From Chiloscyllium plagiosum (taxonomy: Eukaryota), in NCBI RefSeq assembly GCF_004010195.1, contig NC_057719.1, forward strand, positions 55,696,000 to 55,759,999: 64,000 bases of DNA. The letters are read 5' to 3'. This document shows positions 22,923 through 35,917 of this stretch, piece by piece (within the stretch, counting starts at the first letter, position 1; every line of letters starts with the position of its first letter). The notes below the pieces were generated by a model. It was not told the DNA's origin, did no database searches, and saw only the letters and a program-made list of their open reading frames with translations. The position numbers and the translations under genes were made by a program.

Positions 22923-23807
22923 AGAAAGTGAGGACTTTGGTGGCCCAAAATGACGGAGAGATAAATAGGGGAGTTGGGGGGTGCTGGGAGGAATGTAGTC
23001 AGGAATGCGATAGGTAGATGAAGGTGAGAGATGAAAGTGATAGGTCAGAGAGGGGGTGGAGCGGATAGGTGGGAAGGAAGATGGACAGGTAGGATAGGTC
23101 ATGGGGACAGTGCCAAGTTGGAAGGTTGTATCTTGATAAGGCGGAGGGAGGAGAAATGGGGAAACTGGTGAAATTGGCGTGGATCCCATGTGGTTGAAGC
23201 TTCCCAAGGTGGAAGATGAGGGATTCTTTCTCCAAGCATTGGGTGGCTAGAGTTTGGTGGTGGAGGAGGCCCAGGACTTGCGAGTCCTTGGCAGAGTGGG
23301 AGGGGTAGTTAAAGTGTTCAGCCACAGGGCAGCAGGGTTGGTTGGTGCAAGGTTTGCCATGGTGGTGGTGGCTGGGGTGACAGGTTTGCTGCAGTGGTGG
23401 TGACAAACCTCCAACCACATGGGATCAATGTCGATTTCATTAATTTCCTAATCTCCCCTACCCCCCCACCTTATCCCAAATCCAACCTTCCAACTTGGCA
23501 CCGCTCTCTTGAACGGTCCTACATGTCCACCTTCCTTCCCACCTATCCGCTCCACTCTCCACTCCGACCTATCACCAGCACCCCCCCGCCCACCTTCATC
23601 TACCTATTGCATTCCCAGCTACCTTCCCCCAGCCTCACACATGCACCCCTCCCCCGCCCTTCCATCCCACCTTCCCATTTATCTGTCAGCCCCCTTGGAC
23701 TACCCCCTCATTCCTGATGAAGAGCTTATGCTCGAAACGTCGATTCTTCTGCTCTTCAGATGCTGCCTGACCCATTGTGCTTTTCCAGTACCACACTCTT
23801 TGACTCT
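22923..23807. mobile_element. Truncated PLE: minus-strand 3' end plus inverted pLTR
   Basis: ORF 22999..23418 (PVAEHFN.PSHS...LIFHLG.LQPHGI) is a GIY-YIG C-terminus; 23405-23700 is an inverted copy of 22950-23200. Confidence 0.85.
23710..23745 (+). ncRNA. Minimal hammerhead ribozyme motif (intact core)
   Basis: AUUC-CUGAUGA-A-GAGC(UUAU)GCUC-GAA-ACGU-C-GAUU. Confidence 0.7.
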
Positions 23808-25764
23808 TTAACGAATGGTGCCAACCCCATTATCACAGTTAATACAATTAATTAATGAGCCATTATGGTTGTTTTGCTGCATGAGTGCTGGGGAAAAAGA
23901 ATTTCTTTTGTGAATTGTCGTTTTAAGACCAGTTTTCTATGAGCAATTTGACAGGGTGAATTATTTTTCAGAGTATGACATTATTAGAGTCCAAAAATGC
24001 CTATGTAACTTAAGGTTGTCATGGCAATGAATATCTAAGAAGAATAAAATGTAGACTAAAAGCTAATTGCATTGTGGTTGGCTCAGCTAGTATCTTTACG
24101 TTTTGCAGTCCAAAAGAGGAAATGTGCCTGATTCTCTCTGAATGAAACAGTTTTCTGCTTGGAAGTCTTTGAACAGATGTTAGTATTGAAGCTATTCTGA
24201 GAATAGAACAAAGACTCTGTGTGTGAGAGGGACCAGGCAAGAACAGAAAGCCGAAGCCAGAGAGGGCAATAGATTGTGAATGCAACAAGACTCATTACTG
24301 CTCTTTCAGTTTTGCGAAAGTCCATTAGACTGTCAAAGGGGTCAGAAGAAGGAATCCCCATGGATTCTGTGTCCTCAGAGTTATTATGACCTGAGTGAAA
24401 GAGCATTCGTAGAGGTACTTGTTGCCAATAACTGTACCTGGTTATTTCAGATTGGATTGGCTGTTGATGATTCGAAGAGCAAAACGAGTGCAAGATGTGA
24501 AAGATTCTGCATAACAGAGGCCAAGTTGGAAGACTGTGAGATTGCACATTTACAAGTGCTTGTGGTTCTGAGAGGTGTATCGTTGTTGTATTGATCATTT
24601 AAAATGAAATATAACTTTTCATTTTAAATATCCATCACCTGCTCATTAATGTTTGAACGATATTGATTTTAGTTGGCCTGTTCTAGTAAAAGTTTTTTAA
24701 AGTGAAATCTTGTCCAGCTGTTTTCTATCCATTGGCATTGTGGGGATTCTTTCTACTTAAAAAGTTATTGATCTTTATGTCAATACAATTGAGCCTGTTT
24801 CTAAGATGTTCACAACCTTCGCAACACCAGGCCTGGGAAATTAAACAGATTCCATAAAGATTTCCGTTCCTTTGTAACAGCCAGTTTGAGCAATATGCAG
24901 CGCAGTACTATAAATATTGATAACTACTCAGCTAAGTACTGCAGTGTTTCTCCACAGAGGTTCAGGCAGTGGAAATATTGCTTAAGGATGCCAATCATCC
25001 ACTCTATGATGCTCCATTTGTCAGCCTGGCTCATACTGCCAGCTTGTTTTGCATGTGTGCATGGGTTCCAGACATGAAGCGACGAGCCACGTTATGAATA
25101 GAGAACACTTGCTATGGTGAGTGAAATGCAAAGGCCCAGGTTAAAGTTGGAAATGTTACATTGAGAAAAGGCAGTGCTGACTTAGCTCAGCATTTAACAT
25201 CGGCAGTTTATGGCAACCGATGTTTGTTGCCAATGGATCTTTATATAACATCAGATTTGAACACGTGGAAGGCCCAAAGATCTTGTTTTTTTTAATTATT
25301 GCACTGGCATCAGGTCATTACAAACAGGAAGGGAAATTAAGGATAAACAAAAAAAATGTAAAGCATGTGCAGTGAACAAAGCCTGTGGGTTACATGGGGC
25401 TGAGGAACCCTTCAGCTATCTGCTGTCCCTTGACATCGGCCCTCCATCCACGAAAGATGTTTTCTCTAGCAAGAGTCCGTTCGATTGTTCTCCTTCACTG
25501 TTCCCTACAGGTGAAGGTCCTGGCAAACTGCTCAGTGCTCTCCATTACAGTCAATACAGTTATGTAGGGCCCTGTTACATTTTCACCTCTCTTTAATAAG
25601 GCAGCACCCAGCACACATCCCATCAAAAACATAAATGTAAATCTTGCGTACTGTATATGTGTCATGCACATGAGTGTTTTGAAACTGAATAGTGCCTAAT
25701 AATAAAGCACCATTTGTTCTCCTTGTGTCTGTGACTCCCAAACGTTGAATTCCTGATTTCTTTA

Positions 25765-26062
25765 GGGGCAGCACGGTGGTTCAGTGGTTAGCACTGCTGC
25801 CTCACAGCACCAGGGTCCCAGGTTCGATTCCAGCCACGGGTGACTGTCTGTGTGGAGTTTGCACATTCTCCCTGTGTCTACGTGGGTTTCCTCCGGGTAC
25901 TCCGGTTTCCTCCCACAGTCCAAAGGTGTGCAGGTCAGGTGAATTGGCCATGCTAAATTACCCATAGGTTAGGTGTGTTGGTCAGGGTGGGTTATTCTTC
26001 GGAGGGTCGATGTGGACTTGTTGGGCCGAAGGGCCTGTTTCCATGCTGTAGGGAATCTAATC
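25765..26062 (+). mobile_element. tRNA-derived V-SINE (HE1-like)
   Basis: A box TGGTTCAGTGG, B box GGTTCGATTCC, core TGTGTGGAGTTTGCACATTCTCC...GGTTTCCTCCCACAGTCC, CR1-like tail. Confidence 0.9.
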
Positions 26063-29000
26063 TTGTGTAAAAGCAGGCACAAACACTCTAGAAGGTTGAT
26101 TGGAAAGAAAAAAGCATTTCAGAGTCAATTCAATCATTTCGTCTGCGCCTTCTTAAGCATATTTTACAGAAACCCTACAGTTCCCTTTCCAAAGATAGCA
26201 CCTGGTAGAAGAACCACCAAGGAAGAAAAGCAGCAGGAAATGCTTCTCTGTTAAATGCGTAACAATCTCCCTTGTCTTCAGAAATGAAGTTTTAGAACCA
26301 GTGAAGATCATAACAACCACAAAGGGGTAAAAACTAATGGATTGAAGATCACTTTGAGTAACACACTTCAGAATTTGAATCTGTCAAAGTTCAACACCTG
26401 AATTCGAACTGCCAATGTTAGTTGAGTAGACTAGTTGGAAGAGTTCTGTACTGTAAACCATATCAATTTGCTTTGTCTGCTTTCATAAATTTATTACAGG
26501 AGGGTACATTGGTTATCAGCTTCCCCAATTGCTTTACACTATTTTAATATGAAGCTTTACCTCTTTCTCATTAAAATGTAGGTAATTAATTTTTACTGCA
26601 AGGAACCAATCAAGATTCCCTTGTGTTAAAAAGTGCAAATTTATTACTTGCGATCCCAACAGAAATAAAAATGAAACAGCAATCATATGGCCATCAGGCA
26701 GTCTCACAGGCACACAAAATGTAAATATCCAGTATAAAAGGAAGATAATACAATATACAGTTAGATTTTTGGGTGTCCTTAGGGCAAAAGGTTTGTTTAG
26801 TTAATTCCTGGATCTGCTGGCAGTGGATAATATTGCAGTTATCTTTTAAGTACTTGGTTACCTGGTGTTTCTTTCCAGTCAGTGTTGCCACCAGGCTTTT
26901 CTTCTTGATAGAAAATGGAGATTTTTCCATCCTGTTCAGGTCTGCTGTCCAAAATCCAGCTTCTCTGCTTCTGCCAGAGAGAGATATTCTTGAAACAGCA
27001 GCTTGTTTGTGCACACCACCTGCAGGCAAATGTTTCATCTCCGAATTGTGAAGATTCTCATGATGGTGGATATTAAATTGGAAATGAGGACCTTTTCATG
27101 TCTGTGAGGTGAGTTTGGGAGGTGGATGACAGGGTGTTCCTAGCCTGTTTCATTGCACTGAAGGAAAACATTAGTTTCAGCTCAGGATGGTTTCATGAAA
27201 CTTGGCCACTCTGAGATCAGGTGATGCCAGTGACTATTTTAAAACAGTGCTTTTGATTCATTTTATAATACCATTTCAGTCCATGAAAATCTCAGATAAT
27301 AAAGCATAGATAATTGGATTCAAAATTGATAGTCCATATTTTAAAGCACTGTGACACTTGTTCATTAATATTAGATAAAGAAATAATTTGCTTGCAGTAT
27401 TAGAAATTTTCTATTAGTGTTCATTATTTCAACCCAGAACCTGGTTGTTCCAGGATTAGAAAGATTGAGATTACATCACCTAGATTTGCACACAATTAGC
27501 TGATGATCCAACATTTGTCTCTTTGATTTTACAACTATGCTGGTTTTTTGAAGTAAGTTGTAACGTCATATCAAAACCGATCTGCATTATCCAAAATTAG
27601 ACCCAAGGAATTAAATACACTGGACTCATTGATGTATGTGTCGCCCATTTCACTGAACCACCACTGGAATGAGGATCTCCAAAACATACATTGATCAAGT
27701 ACCGACGTAAATATTGCTAATGCTAGCTGTACACAGAGGATCTCCCACACACTCCCAACCTCCCCCATTTTTCACAGGAAACACATTATTTGGTTAATTT
27801 TGCTTTCTTGAGCACTTAATAAATATTTACCCCTCTATATCTAAAAATCCTGTCCCTCTCCCACTTTTCAGCACAAGGTATGCAATATCAACTATCACTT
27901 ATTACAATGTACACTTATCTCAATCTTCCTCAATCTCTCCACAGTAGCCATTAATACCACTCTCCTCAACCTCACTAGGTTTCACGCAATCCAACTATGC
28001 TTTTGGCTCCTTCTTCAATTCATGCTCACATACTTACTTTCAATTCAACAACTCTACCACCCAGCTGCCTTTTACTTCTATTGTAGAAGCCCCACACATA
28101 CATATTTCTTTGTGAAATGCAATAATTCTTAGCCCTTCTCTCTTTTTCTTTCTTCCCAGGACAAGGTATGCTCAGTGTTAAGAAAGTAGCAAACTAAAAC
28201 AAAACAGGGAAAGGATAAGCCAGCATTATAATGCTATTTAGGCTAAATGAGCAAACTCTTAAGATTAGTCTCCTTACATTCTGTAGTTGGGAACTTCGGT
28301 AATCAAAGTCTAACTTTTGTTTTCTTGTAAGCTGCTGAAAAATGCATAGTTCCCTAACTTGGCTACATTTTTTCACAACTCCATCTACAATTGTATTGTC
28401 TCTCAGTGCCATTTTAACTCCTGTTCCCATTCTCATTCCTTTAAATCTTTCTTGATAACCAGACTGCAAACAAGATAGATCCTTCTGAAGGAACATCACA
28501 ATGTACCATAAAGTATCAGCACTGCCATACTCTGGCTGTATCAGAGGATGATGTAGAGAAATCTTCACATCGTGAATTACTCAGAATTTGTGAGCAGCAC
28601 CCAGAGCTTATGGAAAGAACATACCTGGAGATAGTTTGCTGGGGAATATCTTCAGCAGAACTTGCAGCAACAATGGGGTGGGATCTTAAATGTTTGAGGA
28701 ATAAAACGAAAACACTTCATGCAGTGTATCAGGTAATGGAAGGCCTACAAGAGACTGTGACCATCAAAGCGAAAGTATAGAGAGGTCTGATTTCAGTTCA
28801 AATGTGTTATCTGTCATCTTCCTTAGAGACAGTGGCCATTTCCCAGAATGGTACAACTGGGCTCTGGCAATAGGAGACAAGGTTGACAATATTTACTGTT
28901 GTGCTAGAGTTAAAATACCTGCATTGCAGCTCAGAGCTCAAATCTCTGCTCTGCCTTAACAGGGGAGAGGTCTGCGATGGACAGATTGGTTAGAGGCATA

Positions 29001-31234
29001 TGGATAGAGGCATTAGATTTGTCAGTCATCTTCTGCAATTTGCCATCCCCTTTGAAACATAGTTTAGAGGGAATTTTGAAGCAGTGGGCTTCTGTGAAAA
29101 AATCTTTTGATTATTTCTTGCGTCCTTTCATAAATCTCTAAAAAATTTCCCAACTTGACTCCAACAAGCATCACACTGCTTCCTGCTTCATCACTTACTA
29201 TTGTACGGCTGCTGAGTGTCATCTTAACATTGTTCCTTTTCTCTTTCCTCTAAACTTTCCTTGGCAGGGAAAACATGAAAGTGTTGAGTCCCAGACCTAC
29301 GAGACAAACCGTGAATTCTCTTTCCAGATTTAAGCATATTGCTTCCTCACCAACACTTCAACCACCCTGCCAGAATATCGCCCTTGCCAGACTGCATGGG
29401 TAACAGCTGAAGTGCTGCAGATTGCAGCTTGATAGTTTCAGACTCATGCTGTCAGAATACACTAGCTACAAAGCTCTCGAGCAATACAAATACAACAACT
29501 GTTAAATATTAAATTATAGCAAAAAAAATCAATTGATTTTCCTCATTTGAATTGCCAAATATCTCAATTTCTTTCTGGTGCCCAGGGTTAAATTTGGGGC
29601 TGCTCCAATGTTAAAAAAACTAGATATTGGAAAAAATAAAAATGAATTAAAAGTATTTGTTTATAATGTCATATAATCTCTGTCTTTTTAATTCCTGAGA
29701 ACTGTATTCTCATTATCTGCAATTTACTACAGATGCCCGAGGTATATTATAGTGTTATTAGCAGTGACACCATGTCCCTCCACATTAAGGAGGGAACACA
29801 GAGAATTGTCTGCTTTATTCTTGTCTCTAAAAGTACAAAGAAGGAGTTTCTCACAAAACAAAACCCTATGACATTGACACCTGTCCTAGAAATCTAATGT
29901 TGCAGCATCTTCCTATATAAAGATAAAGACACTGCTGATCAAAACATTGCAGCAACTGCAAGAAACTGTTTTCATCAAATAATGATTCGCCACGCCCCAA
30001 AAATAATGCTAGTAAACTAACAATTTTATCCTTCTACATTTTCTCAGTTTGTAGGCAGTAACACTTAAATTCTAACTAGTATGTATCCCTTGAATTAGAA
30101 CTACCAATGGACAGAAGATTCATGACTAAATAGACTGTTCATTTACAGTGTGCGATCATGCAGGAAACCCACTTTAAATGTATTGGAATGTTTTGGAGCT
30201 ATGAGACTCCAAGGATATGTTGGTTAAGCAGCCTATTACCACTTATGTGAAAAATAATGACTTTTAATGATACCTAAGTTTCAAGCAGTAATAGTTCACA
30301 GTTCCTCAAAGTTACCTATCAAAAAGCAAATGGCATAGCATTCATAATCTTGTAAATTAGAATAATAAACACTTTGATGCATACTGCACAATCTTCATCT
30401 GGACTGTTCACAATAGAACTCATTGAGGGTCCTGTTCTATTCAGTTTTTCAAGACATTACCAACAGTGGACTGGATTCAAGCTGATCTGTAGTCCATGAT
30501 CAAATGGATTTTCTGAATGGAGCCATCCCTATTCCTCAACCTCAGCTGCACACATTCTTAAAAGGACAAAGAAAATTTATGACTTCTTTGGTACAAATTA
30601 CAAACAGAGCCTTCACTCATTCCCAATTAGGTCTTGTATGGTGAGTCCAAAATTGACAGTGGGTCATTTATCTTTTGGGTGGCATGGGTCCTGGGTGGCC
30701 AGTATCAAGATGTAGAGAAAGGTTGGGCTTAGAGATATATAGATAGCTGAGTATTAGAAATATTAATTTCTGTAGACTGGAGCAGCCTACTAGTAGTTCT
30801 CTGGCAATCAAATACAGAAGAAACATTTGTGAAAAGAATGGAGTAGACATGCTTCTTAAATAACATTCAAGATCTATGAAAACACATGCATCCGCAAAAA
30901 CATTATATAAAATGTACTGCAGATTTGTGCAAGGAATATACTTACCATTTTATTCTTAAAATTCTTAATATGTGAGAACCTAGTCACATTAACATTCATA
31001 TAGTTAGACGCATTTGGCTAACAAAACATTCATCTTTTTGAATCTGGTTGTACAGTGCAGTGTCATTGTTGTAAGAATTTGTTTTATTGGAAAGTGACTG
31101 TAAAAGATTTTAATTTGAACATAGATATTTGCTTAATACATGATTGGTGCATAAGAAAAGTGGAAAGCATGCAGAATGTACAAACATATGAGTGTCAGAT
31201 ATTAAAAGCCTCACTGGTCTGTTTAGAAACAAAT

Positions 31235-31400
31235 AAAAACTGCAAATACTGGAATCCAAAATAGACAGGCAGGAGGCTGGAAGAACACAGCAAGCCAGTA
31301 GCATCAGGTGAGTCCTGAAGAAGGGTTACACCCGAAAGGTCAACTTCTCCACCTCCTGATGCTGCCTGGCTGGTCTGTTCTTCCAGTGTCCTGCCTTTCA
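31235..31400. mobile_element. PLE-derived hairpin mini-element with hammerhead in the loop
   Basis: Arms 31267-31308 and 31355-31396; AGTC-CTGAAGA-A-GGGT(TAC)ACCC-GAA-AGGT-C-AACT at 31311-31345. Confidence 0.75.
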
Positions 31401-32073
31401 TTGGTCCATTTAGCCTCTCCTCTGCAATATAATATCCAGTGTAACATGATATAAAACTATGCTTCCTGTCCAGAGTTTTGAGAGTCCCTGAGATGAAGCA
31501 CTAAACATAGAAAAATCCAGGTCAAAGTAGCAAACATTCTGAAAATATACTCAGTACCATTTAAGTACTCAAAAACTAACCCAAGAGATAACGTAGATCC
31601 AAATTTAGATTATGGATTAGCTATTCCATGTATGAGCTGACATCACTCCAGTCACAAATAGGTTTAGCTCTTTAGTGTATATCATTTCATTTATGACAAG
31701 CTTCCATGATAAAAAAAAATCCTCTGGAAAAAACAGAACACAAAATAACTAGTAATTTTCCCTAATTAATTTCATTGAATTGTCTTTAAGCAGACCAGTC
31801 TACTAAATAATAAATCTCCATCAAATTGACCCTGTCTACATATTTCTAAAGAACACAGACTTAGGTGTTTGATAACTAATATTTTAAACAGGAGAATAAT
31901 CTTGAGGACCTCTTCCACTTCATTTTTAGAGCCTCAATCACCCGTCAAGTCAAATGATCAAAACTGGATACAATATTCCAACTGAGGCCTACAACCAAAG
32001 TCCCAATAAATTGCCCCTGTGTATATTATCTAAAATACTGTCAGCTTTAATTACTGCTTCCCATAGATTTAAT

Positions 32074-32273
32074 GATTTGGAGATGCCGGTGTTGGACTGG
32101 GGTGTACAAAGTTAAAAATCACACAACACCAGGTTATAGTCCAACTGGCTCAATTGGAAGCACAGCAGCTTTCAGAGCACCACAACCACCTGATGAAGGA
32201 GCAGTGCTCCAAAAGCTAGTGCTTCCAAATAAACCTGTTGGACTATAACCTGGTGTTGTGTGATTTTTAACTT
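32074..32273. mobile_element. PLE-derived hairpin mini-element (family of 356-800)
   Basis: Arms at about 32110-32180 and 32205-32273; hammerhead at 32187-32221 with GAAA changed to AAAA. Confidence 0.85.
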
Positions 32274-32624
32274 CATAAATTTAAAGCTTTAGTGAATAAT
32301 TCAGTGAAGTACTCAGTTAAAACAATTAAAAAGAAGAAAAATAAAGAAGAAAGGAAAGACTCTATTTTAACCATTAACTTTTCTGACATTATCTTATTCA
32401 TGAAAAATGCCTGGGAAGAATTTTCATTTAATTTGTTATTAATCTTGAATATCAACGATTTTCATCACCGAAAAATTAACATTACCCTCAGTAAATTATT
32501 ATGAGGAAGAAAATCAGTATAAAACATAATTAAAATGTAGTCTGCATGACAGCAGTAAACTTCGATGACAGGGGAAATCTTTTTTTTTAAAAAAAGTACA
32601 ATTTCTAAAGCCTCAGAAGAACAT

Positions 32625-33232
32625 AGAAATTACGAGACAGTTGGTGAGTCATATTGCAGCTGATAAAACTTTATGTTAGCTCATGTTTGGAATATTGTTT
32701 ACTGTTCTGGTGACCACACTAGCAGAATAATGTGGAGGCTTTGGAAAGGGTACAGAAATGGTTTATCAACACATTGCCTGGTTTGAAGGATATTCGCTTT
32801 GAGGAAAGATTGGACAAACTGGTTTGTTTTCACTTAAACAAAGAATGAGATGCAGCCTGACAGGGGTTGGTAAAATTATGTGGGGCATGGAAAGAATGGA
32901 TAGTTGGAGTCTTTTCCCAGAGTACAAATGGCAATTACTAGGAGACAAAGGTTTAATGTAAAAAGGGGTAAGTTTAAAGGAGGTGTGAGAAGCAAGTTTT
33001 TTTTATATACACAGAGGATGCTAAGTACCTGGAATGTGCTGTCAGAAGAGGTTGTGGAAACAGATACAACAACAATATTTAAGAGGCTTCTTGGCAGATA
33101 TATGAATGAGCAGGGAATAGAGGGTATGGACAGCATAGAGGCAAAAGGTTTTTACTTTAGAATAACATCATGTGTTATATAGTCTTGGTGGGTTAAGAGG
33201 GGCTGTTCTTGTGCTGTACTGTTCTTTGTTCC
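32625..33232 (+). mobile_element. Old CR1 3' fragment
   Basis: ORF 32904..33182 resembles the CR1 ORF2 C-terminus; 3' UTR motif GTGCTGTACTGTTCT. Confidence 0.8.
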
Positions 33233-33234
33233 TG

Positions 33235-34030
33235 ATGTCAGCATTTTATCCTTTCAAACCTGCTCCACCATTCTATAAGATATTGATTGACCTTATTACG
33301 GTCTCAACTCCATTTTCCTGTGGGCCATCCCATAGCCCTTGATTCCTTTGTTTATCAAAACTCTAACTCAGTTTTGAACAAATTCAGTGATCATATTCAA
33401 ACAGGGAAGATAGTTCCACATATTAAACAGCCTAAGAGGAAATATACTCATCTATGTCTTCAAAGGTGGTTCTCGATCTTCCCTAGTTTCAATTGCCCCC
33501 ACAATAGAAAACATCCTCCTGCTATCAGCCTATCAAATCTTTATTGGATCTTATTTTGGAATAGGCTCACCTCTCATTCTTCTCAACTCCAGTGGACACA
33601 GGTCAAACTTTCTTCATGAGAAGCTATTCATCTCAGGAATAAGGTTAATGAACCTTAACTGAAATGTTTCTCACAAATTCATTTTCTTTCTCAGATAAGG
33701 AGACAATGACTGCATGGAATACTCCAGATATGGACTCACCAAGGTCATGTACAGCTGCAGTAAAGAAAAAGTTTATATTCCAGTCCCCTGGCAATAAATA
33801 GCAACATCCCTCTTGTCTTCATCACGCCTGACCAGTGTACCAGCTTGGTGATTAATATAGCCAGACAACCTGATCCTCCTGGACTACTGAGTTCTTCAAA
33901 TCTCTCTCCATTTAAAATGGTAAACAATTTTTATATTCTTCTTGCCAAAGTGGAAAAGTTCACATTATATTCCATCTGCTAAGTTTTTACCCATTTGCCT
34001 AACCAATCTATATCCCTTTGGAGACTCTTA
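33235..34030 (-). mobile_element. Old CR1 family B-like 3' fragment
   Basis: ORF 33745..33927 MLLFIARGLEYK; similar to 6860-7440. Confidence 0.7.
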
Positions 34031-35624
34031 ACTCCCTTTGATAATGTACTGTCGTGTTTCTCTAGCATACAGCTGCTGAAGTCAATCTTTATACTGAAGA
34101 GCCTTTTAGGCCCGGATACTTTGGAAAAGATGTGCACTTGATTAAATAGGTCAATTTTGTGTGGGTTATTGTTTAGTCAAATAATTTTGTTCTACAAACC
34201 CAAAAGGCTGAGCTTTTAACTAGAGATTTTAAACATTTCTTTTGCAAAATTAAACAATGTAAACATTTTTGCATCTTAGTTCTAAATATGAAATACAGAA
34301 AATAGCTTAATTTTTAGACAAACCTTTAGAAAATATAGTCAATTTAGCCACAAAGCTACTATTTTTCTGGCCTCCAACTCTATTATGTCATGTGTGGAAT
34401 TCCTATTAGTAGTTGTGCTATTTGATTGCATTGATAGCTGCATAATTTTAGGCTTTGGCCAACTGTAATACTGACATTTTAACCATTGTAGGGTTTCTGA
34501 TTTGTACTCAGTAATTTGCTGATTTTAGTTGGTTTGAATCAACCCCAGATCCCGATTCTAGACACTGGACTTATTTAGGGAATGTGAAATGAAGAAGGCA
34601 GTAGACAGGTATTTCAGGGCAAAAGAATCTCTGCATTTATTTAAAAACAAAATGGTAAGTATAGTACAAGAAATAAATATACATGTAATAAATGATAAAA
34701 TTAATACTATTACACAGAGGACAGTAATGAAATACATTATTAAACACTATGAGAACCTAAATAGCAGTTTTAATCACAGACACTTTAATTGGGCTTCCTA
34801 CCGTTGGGGTCCTAGTGCACTGTCACCACCCGCCTTCCCCTCCCTGCTAGCTAGGGTGGAAACTTTGGGATCTCAGGAGTTTCAGCTCACCACTGAGAAA
34901 ATGCAATTTTAAAGTATGTCCAGTTACTGAGTATTTGCTGTTCTCTTGGTTCAGAACAGGCCTGTGTCCGGAAGCTCTTGTTTGGATAGCACTTGGTAGG
35001 CTTCCCTCCTCTTGGATATCCTTGGTTGCAATGACACCCTTGGTTTGTCTTCCCGATGCAACTTCTCTGTTCAGCCTCGCCGGTTCGTTGTTCTGAAGCT
35101 GCTTGTTGGGGCTGGAGCCTCTTAACTCCCTTTGAGGAAGCCATTTCTGCAGGAGCTTGTTGAAAAACGCTATCCCCTCAGGTCAGATCAGGGCTAGCAG
35201 TTATACAGACTAGCAGTTATGCCCCGTTATCTCCCCTCAAATCTGTGCCATCCATTGTGTTTCTGGTGTTTCCTTTTGAAGTCATTAGGCTTCCCCCAAT
35301 AGTTAAGGGTATGTGTAAATAGTTTGATTGAAGTTGAATTTCAATATCTGTGTACCTCCGTACCGTCAGTGCTGGCTAGCCTAAGGTGTAAAAGTTAATT
35401 TCAGTCTACAGTGGTAGGTTTTGTTGATTATTCTCTCAGAGTAAATTGGAACTCCAGGCTGAAAGTGGTTCCAAGCAGTCATCTCGCTGTCTGTGTACTT
35501 TTTCCCAGAGTTTAGCCCAGGTGCCCCCTTTACTTATAAAAGTTTTGAATAGTCCAGGTTTGTGTCCAGTATTTCAGGTGATGGGGATTTTTGCTCAATC
35601 CTAGACTGTACCTCTAAACAATTA

Positions 35625-35917
35625 GGGGTGGCATGGTGGCTAGTGGTTAGCACGGCTGCCTCACAGCTCCAGGTACCCGGGTTCAATTCCCGCCTCGAGC
35701 AATTGTCTGTGTGGAGTTTGCACATTCTCCCCATGTCTGCCTGGGTTTCCTTTGGGTTCTCCGGTTTCCTCCCACAATCCAAAGATGTGCAGGTTAGGTG
35801 AATTGGCCTGGCGAAATTGCCCGTAGTGTTAGGGGAATGGGTCTGGATGGGTTGCTCTTTGGAGGGTCGGTGTGGACTTATTGGGCCAAAGGGCCTGTTT
35901 CCACACTGTAGGGAATC
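35625..35917 (+). mobile_element. V-SINE (HE1-like)
   Basis: Same head, core and tail as 25765. Confidence 0.9.

Noticed and set aside
24004..24790. Possible old solo LTRs (also about 34490-35620 and 45868-46680)
   Set aside because: LTR-like composition only; no convincing termini plus TSD.
24958..25116. Exon-like segment (TCTCCACAG...G|GTGAGT)
   Set aside because: Stops in all three frames before the donor; no support as an internal coding exon.
25765..25835. tRNA genes (also 35625 and 38984)
   Set aside because: A/B boxes run on into the SINE core and LINE tail, so they are SINE heads.
26940..27108. Exon-like segment ending GAG|GTGAGT
   Set aside because: All three frames contain stops.
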